The notes below the pieces were generated by a model. It worked only from the letters and a program-made list of their open reading frames with translations, was not told the origin of the DNA and ran no database searches. Below are positions 11,527-28,970 of a stretch of DNA of 64,000 nt, in pieces; positions within the stretch are counted from its first letter, which is position 1, and every line of letters begins with the position of its first letter. The DNA is from an uncultured Fibrobacteria bacterium (GTDB taxonomy: Bacteria; Fibrobacterota; Fibrobacteria; UBA11236). The DNA lies in assembly GCA_963716395.1 (NCBI GenBank), contig OY970309.1, positions 992,001 through 1,056,000 on the forward strand, in the 5' to 3' direction. The position numbers and the translations under genes are program-made.

Positions 11527-13452
11527 TCAGTCCCGCCGTTTGACGCCGTGTTTCTCGTACGTCAGGACGAAAACCCCCAACCCTTTGGAAAGGGAGCGCA
11601 GCAAGGTAGTATAGCCAAAAGTGTTCTCCAAGGGTATCTCCAGAAGGATAACCGAGTTACGCCCGTCGGCATCTATCTTGCGAATCACCCCTCCGCGGGC
11701 CGCGAGATCGGAAAGAATGGCTCCGCAGAACTCCTCCGGCGCGATGATTTCGAGCTTCATCATCGGTTCAAAGATCTCAAACTGGGCGCACAGCAGGTTC
11801 AGCCGCATCCCATCGGTAACGGCCTTGGCCAAAAGCGGTAGGGGAAGGGGGCGCACGCTGCCGCGCAGCGATCGAACGACAAGCTCCAAGGCGGCGATTT
11901 CGCCGTAACCGCATACGCCCTGGGTGCAGAAAGATTTGAAGCAGTCGCGCAGCACCTCGGCCTCTTCCGCCCCGGCGTCCTCCGGAATCAATATGTGATT
12001 TTCGTCACCATATGTTCGTGGAATTGCGTCCAGTTCCAACTCGACCTCGGCGCCGAAGGCTTTGGCGGCGTGGATCCATCCGGTGGCCGGACGCTTCAGC
12101 TTTTCCAAATAGCGTACCCAAGGCGCGCCCACGCGTACATTGCAGCCGTGCTCGGTTTTGAGCCGCTTGCAAAACACATCCAGTTGCAATTCGCCCACGG
12201 TGCGGATGATCCAGCCGCCGGTGGCGGCCTCGGGTTCGATCCGGATGGAGGGATCGGTTCCGGATATTTCCTCCAGCGCCCGGCGCAAGGTTTCGGAGTC
12301 GGCAGCCTCGGCCGCTTCCAGACGGGCCTGCAGCAGGGGGAGGTACCCTTTGGGATGGGTTCGATCCGCCGCGCCGGGGCGCAACACCCGGCCGATAGGG
12401 TAGACCTGCGGCGCCTGCAACGCCACGATGTCGCCGGCTTCCACGGCGTGGATTTCCTCGAGATGCTCGGCGAACACACGGAAAAAACGTGTGCCCGGTA
12501 ACTTTGAGGTAACTGCCGGCGAAAATACTTTGGCCAGGACGATTTTGCCGATGCCCCGGTACCAGCGCAGTTTGAGCGCGAAGCCGAGCGATTCTTCGGC
12601 GTCGTCGGGCACGGTCGGCGGCGGCAGCAATTGGTTGATGCCGTTCAACAATTGGCGCATGCCCACATTTTTGAGTGCCGATCCCATGAACACCGGCGCG
12701 CCCGCGCCCTGGGCGATTCCGTCGCGCACGCCTTGCAAAAGCGCACCGGCCTCGGCTTCACCGCCCTGCACGTAGGTTTCGAGCACCGCGTCGTTGAAGC
12801 GCGAGGCGAAGTCCACCAATTCGCGGCGGAACGTTCGATAGGCTTCGGCCTGCGCGGCGGGAATGTCGCCCTTGATCAATTTGCGCGGATTTTCCATGGA
12901 ACGGAACAGGGCCAACTGATGCGCCACATCGACCACGCCGTCGATTTTTCCGTCAACATAAACGGGAAAGGTGAGCACCACCGGCCGGACTTTGAACAGA
13001 ATTTGGATTTGTTCCAGCACCTTGCCGAAGTCGGCGCCCGGCACGTCCAGTTTATTGATGAACAACAGCGGCCGGTTGCGGTTGCGCTGGATTTTCTCCC
13101 AGGCTTCCAAGGTCTGCGACTCCAAGCCCCGCGGGCCCGAAATGACCAAGATCACGCCTTCGACCGATTGCAGGGCGAAATCGACTTCGACCCCGAAGTC
13201 GACGTGGCCGGGCGTGTCGACGAAGGTGGTGCGCACGCCTTTCCAGGTATACGAGGCGATGCCGGCCTCGATGGTGATGCCGCGCTTCCTTTCCTCTTCG
13301 AGGTAATCCATGGTGGCCAAGCCCTCGTCGACTTCGCCCAGACCGGCGATGGTATCGCTGAAGTAGAGTAACCTCTCGGATACCGTGGTTTTGCCCGCGT
13401 CGACGTGGGCCAAAATGGCGATGTTGCGCTTGTTCTCCAATGCAGACGCCAT
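11527..13452 (-). CDS. Highly divergent elongation factor G paralog at the fusA position
   Basis: G motifs intact (AHVDAGKTT, RGITI, DTPGH, NKLD, GSALKN); domains III and V recognisable; domain IV loop motifs absent; 641 aa; lies just upstream of tuf. Confidence 0.85.
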   Translation of the reverse strand: MASALENKRNIAILAHVDAGKTTVSERLLYFSDTIAGLGEVDEGLATMDYLEEERKRGITIEAGIASYTWKGVRTTFVDTPGHVDFGVEVDFALQSVEGVILVISGPRGLESQTLEAWEKIQRNRNRPLLFINKLDVPGADFGKVLEQIQILFKVRPVVLTFPVYVDGKIDGVVDVAHQLALFRSMENPRKLIKGDIPAAQAEAYRTFRRELVDFASRFNDAVLETYVQGGEAEAGALLQGVRDGIAQGAGAPVFMGSALKNVGMRQLLNGINQLLPPPTVPDDAEESLGFALKLRWYRGIGKIVLAKVFSPAVTSKLPGTRFFRVFAEHLEEIHAVEAGDIVALQAPQVYPIGRVLRPGAADRTHPKGYLPLLQARLEAAEAADSETLRRALEEISGTDPSIRIEPEAATGGWIIRTVGELQLDVFCKRLKTEHGCNVRVGAPWVRYLEKLKRPATGWIHAAKAFGAEVELELDAIPRTYGDENHILIPEDAGAEEAEVLRDCFKSFCTQGVCGYGEIAALELVVRSLRGSVRPLPLPLLAKAVTDGMRLNLLCAQFEIFEPMMKLEIIAPEEFCGAILSDLAARGGVIRKIDADGRNSVILLEIPLENTFGYTTLLRSLSKGLGVFVLTYEKHGVKRRD

Positions 13453-13512
13453 GGGGGTTTTATTATAGAATAGCCGCCCGACGTCGGACCGGACGCCGCG
13501 TCGGTCGGAAAG

Positions 13513-14418
13513 TCAGAAGGAATAGCCGATTTTGATCATCGGCAGCAACAGCAGGTTTCCCAGATCTTCGCTCAGCACGCGAAAGCCGCAAATGGCGGCG
13601 CTGAGCCTCTGGCCGTGAATGCGAATCCCGAGGTTGAGAATCGATTCGTTCTGCGTGGTGCCTAGAAACTCGCCGCCCCATAGGAATTCAACGAGAAAAT
13701 CCACGTTCGCGGTTGCGCGCTGGTCACCGCCCACAGCCAGCGACACCGCGCTGTGCGTTTCGGTGCCGCCGTTCGCTTGCTCCCACGAACCCGCTCCACC
13801 GGCAGCCACATGGAGGTCTGCGAAATCCGAACCGGAGTCCGGACCGCTGAAAGCATAGGAACCGACCGCATTCGCCGTCCAAACTCCGGGGAAATCGCTG
13901 GTATTCGATCCCGACAACAGGGATATATCGCCGGTCAAAGCCAAGGCGAAATTCTTGGCGGGCGTTTGAAACAAACGCTGCTTGAACCCCAAGGTGTAGG
14001 CTTCGAGATCGGCCGGATCGAAGGGAAACAAAGCGCCCACGGTCAGCGAGGTCGTGGCGGTGGGCGAATAACTCATGGTCAGAAAAACCAATTCGAAGTC
14101 ATCGAAAGACCAGGTGCCGGCCGGCGGCGTAAAGGCCGTGGGCATCAGCACCATCGATCGGGCGGCGTTTTCCGTCGCTTCGTTTTGCCGGGGAGCCGGC
14201 GCGGCAGTCGGCTTCGGGGTCGAGGTGTCGGCCAGGGCGGTTTTCGGCACACGTACCTCGCCCAGATCGGGCGTGCGAATCACCACTACGCTGTCGTCGC
14301 TGCGGATTCGTTCCCCCTGCAGAACGGTGCCGTCTTTGAGGTGAATGGCTTCGCCCCAGGACGAAACGAGGCATAGACAGAAAAAAGTGAGGAACCTGGT
14401 CTCGCGGATTTTTTTCAT
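13513..14418 (-). CDS. Hypothetical exported protein, probable outer-membrane beta-barrel
   Basis: Signal-like N-terminus, small LKDG..LQG domain, Pro/Thr linker, amphipathic strands, C-terminal IGYSF. Confidence 0.65.
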   Translation of the reverse strand: MKKIRETRFLTFFCLCLVSSWGEAIHLKDGTVLQGERIRSDDSVVVIRTPDLGEVRVPKTALADTSTPKPTAAPAPRQNEATENAARSMVLMPTAFTPPAGTWSFDDFELVFLTMSYSPTATTSLTVGALFPFDPADLEAYTLGFKQRLFQTPAKNFALALTGDISLLSGSNTSDFPGVWTANAVGSYAFSGPDSGSDFADLHVAAGGAGSWEQANGGTETHSAVSLAVGGDQRATANVDFLVEFLWGGEFLGTTQNESILNLGIRIHGQRLSAAICGFRVLSEDLGNLLLLPMIKIGYSF

Positions 14419-14495
14419 TCCGTGACGCTCGGGACAATATTACTTCGCAATCCCTGAGACGTCGCCGACGCGGATTTGGTAATGCGGGACATCAC

Positions 14496-14522
14496 AAAAA
14501 AGCCCGCCGGCGGCGGGCTTTT
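14496..14522 (-). terminator. Intrinsic terminator after rpsG (possibly bidirectional)
   Basis: Plus strand reads AAAAAA-GCCCGCC-GGC-GGCGGGC-TTTT; on minus it is a 7-bp GC stem followed by U6. Confidence 0.8.
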
Positions 14523-14540
14523 CCAAAAATGGACGCGTTG

Positions 14541-15017
14541 TTACCAGCGGAAATGAGCGAAGGCCTTGTTCGATTCGGCCATGCGGTGGATATCCTGCCG
14601 CTTTTTGACCGCGTTGCCTTCGTTATTCAGGGCCTGAATCAATTCGGCCGACAGACGGCGCGTCATGTCTTTTTCGTTGCGACCTTGGGCCGCGTCTTTG
14701 AGCCAGCGTAAGGCCAATGCCGTACGCCGCGCAGGCGAAACTTCGACCGGCACCTGATAATTGGCGCCGCCCACGCGCCGTGATTTCACTTCGAGCGTGG
14801 GTTTGACGTTGTTGAGCGCGGACTTGAAAAGACTGAGTTCGTCCTCTTCGCCGCCCACCTTCTTTTTGAATTCCTTCAAGGCGGTGTAGACGATGTTCTC
14901 GGCCACCGATTTTTTGCCTCGGCTGATGACCACATTCATGAACTGTGTCAGCAAGGTGCTGTTGTAACGCGGATCCGGGTAGATGCGGCGCCGGTCGGCT
15001 CGTTTCCGTCTTGACAT
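14541..15017 (-). CDS. rpsG: 30S ribosomal protein S7
   Basis: EVKSRRVGGANYQVPVEV, HRMAESNKAFAHFRW. Confidence 0.98.
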   Translation of the reverse strand: MSRRKRADRRRIYPDPRYNSTLLTQFMNVVISRGKKSVAENIVYTALKEFKKKVGGEEDELSLFKSALNNVKPTLEVKSRRVGGANYQVPVEVSPARRTALALRWLKDAAQGRNEKDMTRRLSAELIQALNNEGNAVKKRQDIHRMAESNKAFAHFRW

Positions 15018-15038
15018 GGGAAGTCCTGGGCTTGCGGT

Positions 15039-15458
15039 TTACTTCTTGCCTTTGGCGGCGGGCGCGGCTTTGCCGGCCGGGGCCCCAGCCTTGGGCTTCT
15101 TGACGCCGTACAGAGAACGGCTTTGGCGGCGGCCTTCCACCCCCGAGGTATCGAGGGTGCCGCGGATGATGTGGTAGCGCACTCCCGGAACGTCTTTCAC
15201 GCGTCCGCCGCGGATCAACACGATGGAATGCTCCTGCAAATTGTGGCCTTCGCCCGGAATGTAGCAGGTCACTTCCATCTTGTTCGAAAGGCGCACGCGG
15301 GCGATTTTGCGCAGGGCCGAATTGGGTTTCTTCGGAGTCGTGGTATATACGCGCGTGCAAACGCCGCGCTTCTGCGGACTGCCCATGAGCGCGGGCGCCT
15401 TGCTTTTGCTGCGCTGCGCCTGGCGGCCCTTGCGGATGAGTTGGTTGATGGTCGGCAC
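15039..15458 (-). CDS. rpsL: 30S ribosomal protein S12
   Basis: [31 protein letters not shown]. Confidence 0.99.
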   Translation of the reverse strand: MPTINQLIRKGRQAQRSKSKAPALMGSPQKRGVCTRVYTTTPKKPNSALRKIARVRLSNKMEVTCYIPGEGHNLQEHSIVLIRGGRVKDVPGVRYHIIRGTLDTSGVEGRRQSRSLYGVKKPKAGAPAGKAAPAAKGKK

Positions 15459-15516
15459 TCGGACTCCGGTTTTTGGGTGGTGAAAGTTACCTCAAACGCG
15501 CATTTAGTGTCAATGC

Positions 15517-19632
<4,116 letters not shown>

Positions 19633-19753
19633 CGGCTTCTCCCTTGTATCTCGACCCTGGAACAGCGTCGGCGCAGCGGCGCTTCACACCAAAACAAACG
19701 GGCGGAATCCCGTTCAGTGCGGCGACGCGAAATCGGCTTCTTTAACCGCGCCG

Positions 19754-23515
<3,762 letters not shown>

Positions 23516-23597
23516 GTTACCCAACTTCCGTTCCCGGGCTGCGCGCCGTAATTCGACGGCCGCCCACTGTGATCCGGCCTTGCGCATCGCCGCGCCG

Positions 23598-23639
23598 GAA
23601 AACGGCAAAACGCCGTGGCCGCGACGCGGTCAAGGCGTT
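23598..23639 (-). terminator. Candidate rplL-rpoB attenuator hairpin
   Basis: Minus strand AACGCC-TTGACCGCG-TC-GCGGCCAC-GGCGTT followed by TTGCCGTTTT, at the usual attenuator location. Confidence 0.4.
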
Positions 23640-23679
23640 GTTGAAATGAGCTTTTCTGCGATCTGTCTTGGCCAAAGAG

Positions 23680-24081
23680 TTACTTCAGCGTGACCTTGGC
23701 ACCGGCGTCCTCGAGCTCCTTTTTCCACTTTTCGGCGTCGGCCTTGGTGGCCGCTTCTTTCACGGTTTTCGGCGCGCCGTCGACCAGGGCCTTGGCTTCG
23801 GCCAAACCCAAGCTGGTGATGGTGCGGACCACCTTGATCACGTTGATCTTGTTGGCGCCCGCGCTCTCCAAGACCAAATCGAACTCGGTCTTTTCGGCGG
23901 CGGCTTCTCCGCCCGCGGCGCCTCCCGCGGCCGGCATGATGGCCACGGCCGACGCGGCCGCGGCTTCAAGGCCGTACACGTTTTTCAGGTAGTCGGACAA
24001 CTCCTTAGCCTGTAGCAAGGACAGGGCGACGATTTTATCGCCGAGATCCTTGATGGCGGGTGTATAGGTTGCTTCGGACAT
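23680..24081 (-). CDS. rplL: 50S ribosomal protein L7/L12
   Basis: [29 protein letters not shown]. Confidence 0.98.
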   Translation of the reverse strand: MSEATYTPAIKDLGDKIVALSLLQAKELSDYLKNVYGLEAAAASAVAIMPAAGGAAGGEAAAEKTEFDLVLESAGANKINVIKVVRTITSLGLAEAKALVDGAPKTVKEAATKADAEKWKKELEDAGAKVTLK

Positions 24082-24157
24082 AATGCTCTCCTCCGTAGGT
24101 GAGATTGTTGTTCAGTGTTTGTCTCAGTCTTCGCTCCGCCGCATCCGGCGTCGCTGC

Positions 24158-24721
24158 TTAGGCTCCGCTCTTTTCGCCTTGCGGCTGACTCAGGGCCTCG
24201 CCCTTTTCCAACTTCTCGATCAAGCCCTTGATTTGACCCGCAATCTTGGCGCCCGGACCTTTGAACAAGGCCAACAGATTTCCGCCGGCGCCCAGAGCCA
24301 AACTCACGACCTGGGCTTGTAATTCGCGCTTGCCCGGCATCTTCGCCAAGGTTTCCATCTGCTCGCCGGGATAAACCTGTCCGTCGATGTGCACACCTTT
24401 GAGGGCCAGGGCATTCTCATTTTGCTTGAGAAAATCCGCCAACATTTTCGCCGGCGCAATCGGGTCTTCTTTGTCGGCAAGAATGAGGGCCGTAGGCCCG
24501 GCCAAATACCCGTCGAGACCCTGGACGCCGACGTTTGCGAGCGCACGTTGAATTAAGGTGTTCTTGGCCACGCGCATGCTCACGCCTTTTTTGCGCAGGT
24601 TTCGGCGCAACAGGGTGACCTTCTCCACCGTGAGGCCGGTAAAATCGGCGAGATAAACCCCGCTGGTCCCCTTCAGGGAATCGGTCAATTCCGATACCAC
24701 TTCACTTTTTGCCATCGCCAT
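24158..24721 (-). CDS. rplJ: 50S ribosomal protein L10
   Basis: DFTGLTV, VAKNTL, LAGPTA; synteny. Confidence 0.96.
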   Translation of the reverse strand: MAMAKSEVVSELTDSLKGTSGVYLADFTGLTVEKVTLLRRNLRKKGVSMRVAKNTLIQRALANVGVQGLDGYLAGPTALILADKEDPIAPAKMLADFLKQNENALALKGVHIDGQVYPGEQMETLAKMPGKRELQAQVVSLALGAGGNLLALFKGPGAKIAGQIKGLIEKLEKGEALSQPQGEKSGA

Positions 24722-24729
24722 GAGGCCTC

Positions 24730-25419
24730 CTACTTCACCAACGACCGATCCACGCGCACGCCCGGAGTCATGGTTCCCGCCAAGGTGATGCTGCGGACAT
24801 ACACGCCTTTGGCGGTGGAAGGCTTGGCCTTCACGACCGAATCGATCACCACCATCGCATTTTCTTTAAGCTGGTCCACGCTGAACGACAGTTTACCCAG
24901 GGGGGCATGCACATTGGACCCCTTGTCGACGCGGTACGAAATTTTTCCCGATTTCAACTCTTTGATCACTTGGGCGACATTGACCGTCACCGTACCCGCC
25001 TTGGGGCTGGGCATGAGGCCGCGGGGGCCCAGCACGCGGGCGATGCGGCCCACCAGGGGCATCATGTCGGGCGTGGCCACCACGGCGTCGAAGTCCATCC
25101 AGCCTTCCTGGATTTTCTTCACCATCTCCTCGGCGCCCACGTAGTCGGCGCCGGCCTGCTGCGCGGCCTTCTCGAGCTCGCCTTTGGCGAATACCAAGAT
25201 GCGCACCTTCTTGCCCGTACCGTGCGGCAGTACGACGTTGCCGCGCACCACCTGGTCGCTGTGCTTGGGATCCACGCCGAGATGCATGTGCACTTCGAGC
25301 GTGGGATCGAATTTGAATTTGTTATTGTCGCGCAATAACTGCACGGCCTGGCCCAGTTCGTACTCGGTGCCGGGTTGGATTTTCTCGGCGAGGCCGCGGT
25401 AATTTTTGCTTCGTTTCAT
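24730..25419 (-). CDS. rplA: 50S ribosomal protein L1
   Basis: LGVDPKHSDQVVRG, LPHGTGK, LGPRGLMPSPK. Confidence 0.98.
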   Translation of the reverse strand: MKRSKNYRGLAEKIQPGTEYELGQAVQLLRDNNKFKFDPTLEVHMHLGVDPKHSDQVVRGNVVLPHGTGKKVRILVFAKGELEKAAQQAGADYVGAEEMVKKIQEGWMDFDAVVATPDMMPLVGRIARVLGPRGLMPSPKAGTVTVNVAQVIKELKSGKISYRVDKGSNVHAPLGKLSFSVDQLKENAMVVIDSVVKAKPSTAKGVYVRSITLAGTMTPGVRVDRSLVK

Positions 25420-25435
25420 CGTCTCCGCCTTGTTT

Positions 25436-25861
25436 TCACGCCTCGATTTCGAGACCGATGCTTTTGGCCGTGCCTGCGACCATGGAGCAGGCCGCTTCGA
25501 GGTTTTCGGTGTTGAGATCCGGCAGCTTCATCTTGGCGATTTCCTGAATTTGTTGGGCGGTGATTTTGCCCACCTTCTTGCGGTTGGGTTCGCCCGAGCC
25601 TTTTTCCAGACTGATGGCCTTCTTGAGGAGTTCGGCCACGGGCGGGGTCTTGGTAATGAAGGTGAAGGAGCGATCCGCGTACACGGTGATGACCACCGGA
25701 ATGATGTAGCCCTTCTTGTCCTGCGTCGCGGCGTTGAACGCCTTGCAGAACTCCATGATGTTGAGGCCGCGCTGGCCCAGTGCCGGCCCGATGGGCGGCG
25801 ACGGATTGGCCGCACCCGCCGGCACTTGCAGCTTGATGTATCCCGTAATTTTCTTCGCCAC
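25436..25861 (-). CDS. rplK: 50S ribosomal protein L11
   Basis: [27 protein letters not shown]. Confidence 0.99.
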   Translation of the reverse strand: MAKKITGYIKLQVPAGAANPSPPIGPALGQRGLNIMEFCKAFNAATQDKKGYIIPVVITVYADRSFTFITKTPPVAELLKKAISLEKGSGEPNRKKVGKITAQQIQEIAKMKLPDLNTENLEAACSMVAGTAKSIGLEIEA

Positions 25862-25884
25862 CTTAACTCCCTAACCGTTGCGCG

Positions 25885-26412
25885 TCAGACCGTGTCCACT
25901 TGACCGAAATCGAGCTCCACCGGAGTGGATCGGCCGAATACGCTGACCATGACCTTGAGTTTGCCTTTTTCCGGATTGATCTCTTCGACCACACCATCGA
26001 AATCTTTGAAGGGCCCGTCTTTGATGCGGATCTTTTCCCCGCTGCGGAAGGGGATTTCCATGACCTTGGTTTCCTGCACCTCGGGCGAGTTCTGCCCGAG
26101 CAGCCGATCCACTTCGCCTTTGCGCAGCGGTTGGGGTTTTTCCACACCCACGAAATGCGTCACGCCGGGAATGTCGGTCACGGTATGCATGGTGTCTTTG
26201 TTCATTTCCATCTCGATCAGCAGATAACTGGGAAAGAACTTCTTGTCGCGCGTGGTTTTCTTTCCCTTCTGCACCGTGGTGACTTCGCGCATGGGCAAAA
26301 GCACTTGGCCGAACTGATCCTTCATCCCATTTTTCTCAATCACCGTTTCAAGGTGCTGCTGCACCTTGTTTTCCTGACCGGAGTAGGTATGGACCACGTA
26401 CCACTTTTTCAC
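25885..26412 (-). CDS. nusG: Transcription termination/antitermination factor NusG (start adjusted to GTG, VKKWYVV)
   Basis: WYVVHTYSGQE, FFPSY, KOW motif DGPFKDFDG, VFGRSTPVEL. Confidence 0.97.
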   Translation of the reverse strand: MKKWYVVHTYSGQENKVQQHLETVIEKNGMKDQFGQVLLPMREVTTVQKGKKTTRDKKFFPSYLLIEMEMNKDTMHTVTDIPGVTHFVGVEKPQPLRKGEVDRLLGQNSPEVQETKVMEIPFRSGEKIRIKDGPFKDFDGVVEEINPEKGKLKVMVSVFGRSTPVELDFGQVDTV

Positions 26413-26432
26413 GTCTGCATACCCCTCTGTCT

Positions 26433-26615
26433 TCAACCCAACACCAACCGAACGATGTACCCGAGGACGAAATCGACGGTGCCCACGAACACCATCGAGA
26501 TCAAGGTGAAAATGATGACCGTGATGGTCGCCCCTTTCAGCTCGTCCCGCGTCGGCCAGGTCACCTTGCGGAGTTCCTGGATAACGTCCCGGATGTAATT
26601 CTGCAACCGCCGCAT
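26433..26615 (-). CDS. secE: Preprotein translocase SecE
   Basis: ELRKVTWPTRDE plus one TM helix. Confidence 0.96.
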   Translation of the reverse strand: MRRLQNYIRDVIQELRKVTWPTRDELKGATITVIIFTLISMVFVGTVDFVLGYIVRLVLG

Positions 26616-26625
26616 GTTTCGTTAC

Positions 26626-26698
26626 CAGGCCTGAAGGGACTCGAACCCCCAACCAACGGTTTTGGAGACCGCTACTCTACCAATTGAGCTACAGACCT
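26626..26698 (-). tRNA. tRNA-Trp(CCA); 3' CCA not encoded
   Basis: AGGTCTG/CAGGCCT acceptor stem, anticodon loop CTCCAAA, GTTCGAG T-loop. Confidence 0.96.
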
Positions 26699-26711
26699 CG
26701 GTTCCTTTCTG

Positions 26712-27902
26712 CTATTGCACGATCTCCGTCACGACGCCGGCGCCGACGGTTTTTCCGCCTTCCCGGATGGCGAAGCGAAGGTCTTTGGCCATCGCGATCG
26801 GCGCGATCAACTCCACCGTGATCGACACGTTGTCCCCCGGCATCACCATCTCCACCCCCGACGGCAGGTTCAACTGACCCGTCACATCCGTGGTCCGGAA
26901 ATAGAACTGCGGACGGTACCCCGTGAAAAACGGCGTATGCCGGCCCCCTTCATCCTTCGACAGCACGTACACTTCCGCCTTGAAGTGCGTATGCGGCGTA
27001 ATCGTCCCAGGCTTCGCCAACACCTGGCCCCGCTCGATGTCCTGCTTCTCCGCGCCCCGCAACAGGATGCCGATATTGTCCCCCGCCTGCGCTTCGTCCA
27101 ATAGCTTCCGGAACATCTCCACGCCCGTCACCACAAACTTCTTGCTCTCGCCCAAACCTACGCGTTCCACTTCTTCCGACACCTTCACCTTGCCCGCTTC
27201 CACGCGACCCGTCGCCACCGTGCCCCGGCCCGTGATGCTGAACACGTCTTCCACGCTCATCAAAAACGGCTTGTCCACCGCCCGCACCGGCGTCGGAATG
27301 TAAGAGTCCACCGCTTCCATCAGCTTCAGGATGGCCGGCTCCCCAATTTCGCTCGTGTCGCCTTCCAGCGCTTTTACCGCGCTCCCCCGGATGACGGGAA
27401 TCTTGTCCCCGGGAAACTGGTACTTGCTCAACAGCTCCCGCACTTCCATCTCCACCAGGTCCAACAGTTCCGGGTCGTCCACCATGTCCACTTTGTTCAT
27501 GAACACCACGATGTAGGGTACGCCCACCTGTCGCGCCAACAGAATGTGCTCGCGCGTCTGCGGCATGGGGCCGTCGGCCGCCGACACCACCAGAATCGCG
27601 CCATCCATCTGCGCCGCGCCCGTCACCATGTTCTTCACATAGTCGGCATGCCCCGGGCAATCCACGTGCGCGTAATGCCGGTTCGCCGTCTCGTATTCGA
27701 CATGCGAGGTGTTGATGGTGATGCCACGCTCCCGTTCTTCCGGAGCGTTGTCGATTTCACCGTAGCTCTTGGCCGTCGCCCATCCCGATTTCGACAGCAC
27801 CTTGGTGATGGCCGCCGTCAGCGAGGTCTTCCCGTGATCCACGTGGCCAATCGTCCCTACGTTCACATGCGGCTTCGTCCGCTCAAATTTGGCCTTCGCC
27901 AT
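26712..27902 (-). CDS. tuf: Elongation factor Tu (tRNA-operon copy)
   Basis: Same protein sequence as 10238-11428. Confidence 0.99.
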   Translation of the reverse strand: MAKAKFERTKPHVNVGTIGHVDHGKTSLTAAITKVLSKSGWATAKSYGEIDNAPEERERGITINTSHVEYETANRHYAHVDCPGHADYVKNMVTGAAQMDGAILVVSAADGPMPQTREHILLARQVGVPYIVVFMNKVDMVDDPELLDLVEMEVRELLSKYQFPGDKIPVIRGSAVKALEGDTSEIGEPAILKLMEAVDSYIPTPVRAVDKPFLMSVEDVFSITGRGTVATGRVEAGKVKVSEEVERVGLGESKKFVVTGVEMFRKLLDEAQAGDNIGILLRGAEKQDIERGQVLAKPGTITPHTHFKAEVYVLSKDEGGRHTPFFTGYRPQFYFRTTDVTGQLNLPSGVEMVMPGDNVSITVELIAPIAMAKDLRFAIREGGKTVGAGVVTEIVQ

Positions 27903-27963
27903 GATGACTTATTCCTCCCTAATGGGTATTCCGGGTCGCAAGTCTGGATTTTGAAGGCAGAGA

Positions 27964-27992
27964 ACTATAGCAACTTATTTTCGTCTTGGCAT
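27964..27992 (-). promoter_or_regulatory. Candidate sigma70-type internal promoter for tuf
   Basis: ATGCCA-N17-TATAGT with extended -10 TGc. Confidence 0.4.
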
Positions 27993-28058
27993 CGGTTTTG
28001 CCTGGTTAATCCCCTGGGTATCAATCAGTTACTTACCCTTCGAAATTCCGGGAAAAGC

Positions 28059-28133
<75 letters not shown>

Positions 28134-28190
28134 CGGCTTTTTCCTGGGCCACTCCCTGTCGATGGTTTGATTTTGCCGAAAACAACCGGG

Positions 28191-28266
28191 TGGAGCGAGC
28201 TAACGGACTCGAACCGTCAACAGCCACCTTGGAAGGGTGGTACTCTACCAATTGAGTTAAGCTCGC
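28191..28266 (-). tRNA. tRNA-Gly(TCC), CCA encoded
   Basis: GCGAGCT/AGCTCGC acceptor stem, CCACC-CTTCCAA-GGTGG anticodon arm. Confidence 0.96.
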
Positions 28267-28320
28267 CCGCCGGGTTGTTTCTTTTTGATTTCAGCGCTTC
28301 CGTCCTCCAATTTTTTGAAA

Positions 28321-28402
28321 TGGGCCGAGGTGGATTCGAACCACCGTAGGCGTAGCCAGCGGATTTACAGTCCGCCCCCATTAACCACTCGGGCATCGAC
28401 CC
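28321..28402 (-). tRNA. tRNA-Tyr(GTA); CCA not encoded
   Basis: GCGGA-CTGTAAA-TCCGC anticodon arm and long variable arm. Confidence 0.96.
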
Positions 28403-28445
28403 TTTTCAAATTCTGCGTCTCCTATTTTTGGCCCAATCAAAATTC

Positions 28446-28518
28446 AGCCAACGAAGGGATTTGAACCCACGACCCACTGATTACAAATCAGTTGCTCTAC
28501 CAGCTGAGCTACGTTGGC
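28446..28518 (-). tRNA. tRNA-Thr(TGT); CCA not encoded
   Basis: GCCAACG/CGTTGGC acceptor stem, CTGAT-TTGTAA-TCAG anticodon arm. Confidence 0.96.
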
Positions 28519-28540
28519 CCGAAGTTCTTTCCCCCGCTTC

Positions 28541-28581
28541 GTCCACCCCAGGCGGACCGGCTCTATCCGTCTTCGGCGGAC
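28541..28581. repeat. Two copies of a short REP-like hairpin TCCRYC-N3-GGCGGAC
   Basis: gtccaccccaggcggac and tccgtcttcggcggac; same motif occurs at 49798 and 52818. Confidence 0.5.
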
Positions 28582-28676
28582 AAAGGGAGGCGGGAATTTA
28601 GATATTGTCTGACGTCAAAAACAATAGTTTGGCTAATCTAAAGCCTGGAGCGGCCAAAATCAATTTTAATCTTGGC

Positions 28677-28970
28677 ATGGTCATTTTCTCCAAATTCGGA
28701 TTGGTTGTAAAGGAACAAGGAATTCTTCTTCCAATTGGAACAGCAGCAGTGGCTGCTGCCTTTTGTGCATGCGCGGCCCCGGCCATGAAAATGCAATGCG
28801 ATGAGATCAAAGCCCGGATCAACTATCAAACCATGAGCGCGGATCAAAAACGCTTCACCGAGCAGGAGCTTAAGGCCTGCCAGGACAGTTTGATCGCCTC
28901 CCAGCACCGCGACTCTTCCACCATCGAAAAACTTGAAAGCCGTCTGTCGCCGCAAGAGGACAGCCTGTGA
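28677..28970 (+). CDS. Hypothetical small lipoprotein (start uncertain)
   Basis: Hydrophobic stretch ending AAFCAC; stop overlaps the cca start (GTGA). Confidence 0.55.
   Translation: MVIFSKFGLVVKEQGILLPIGTAAVAAAFCACAAPAMKMQCDEIKARINYQTMSADQKRFTEQELKACQDSLIASQHRDSSTIEKLESRLSPQEDSL

Noticed and set aside
11527-13452. TetM/TetO ribosomal protection protein (similar length and AHVDAGKTT motif)
   Set aside because: It occupies the fusA slot, retains an EF-G-like G' insert, and lacks the TetM YSPVST loop and C-terminal extension.
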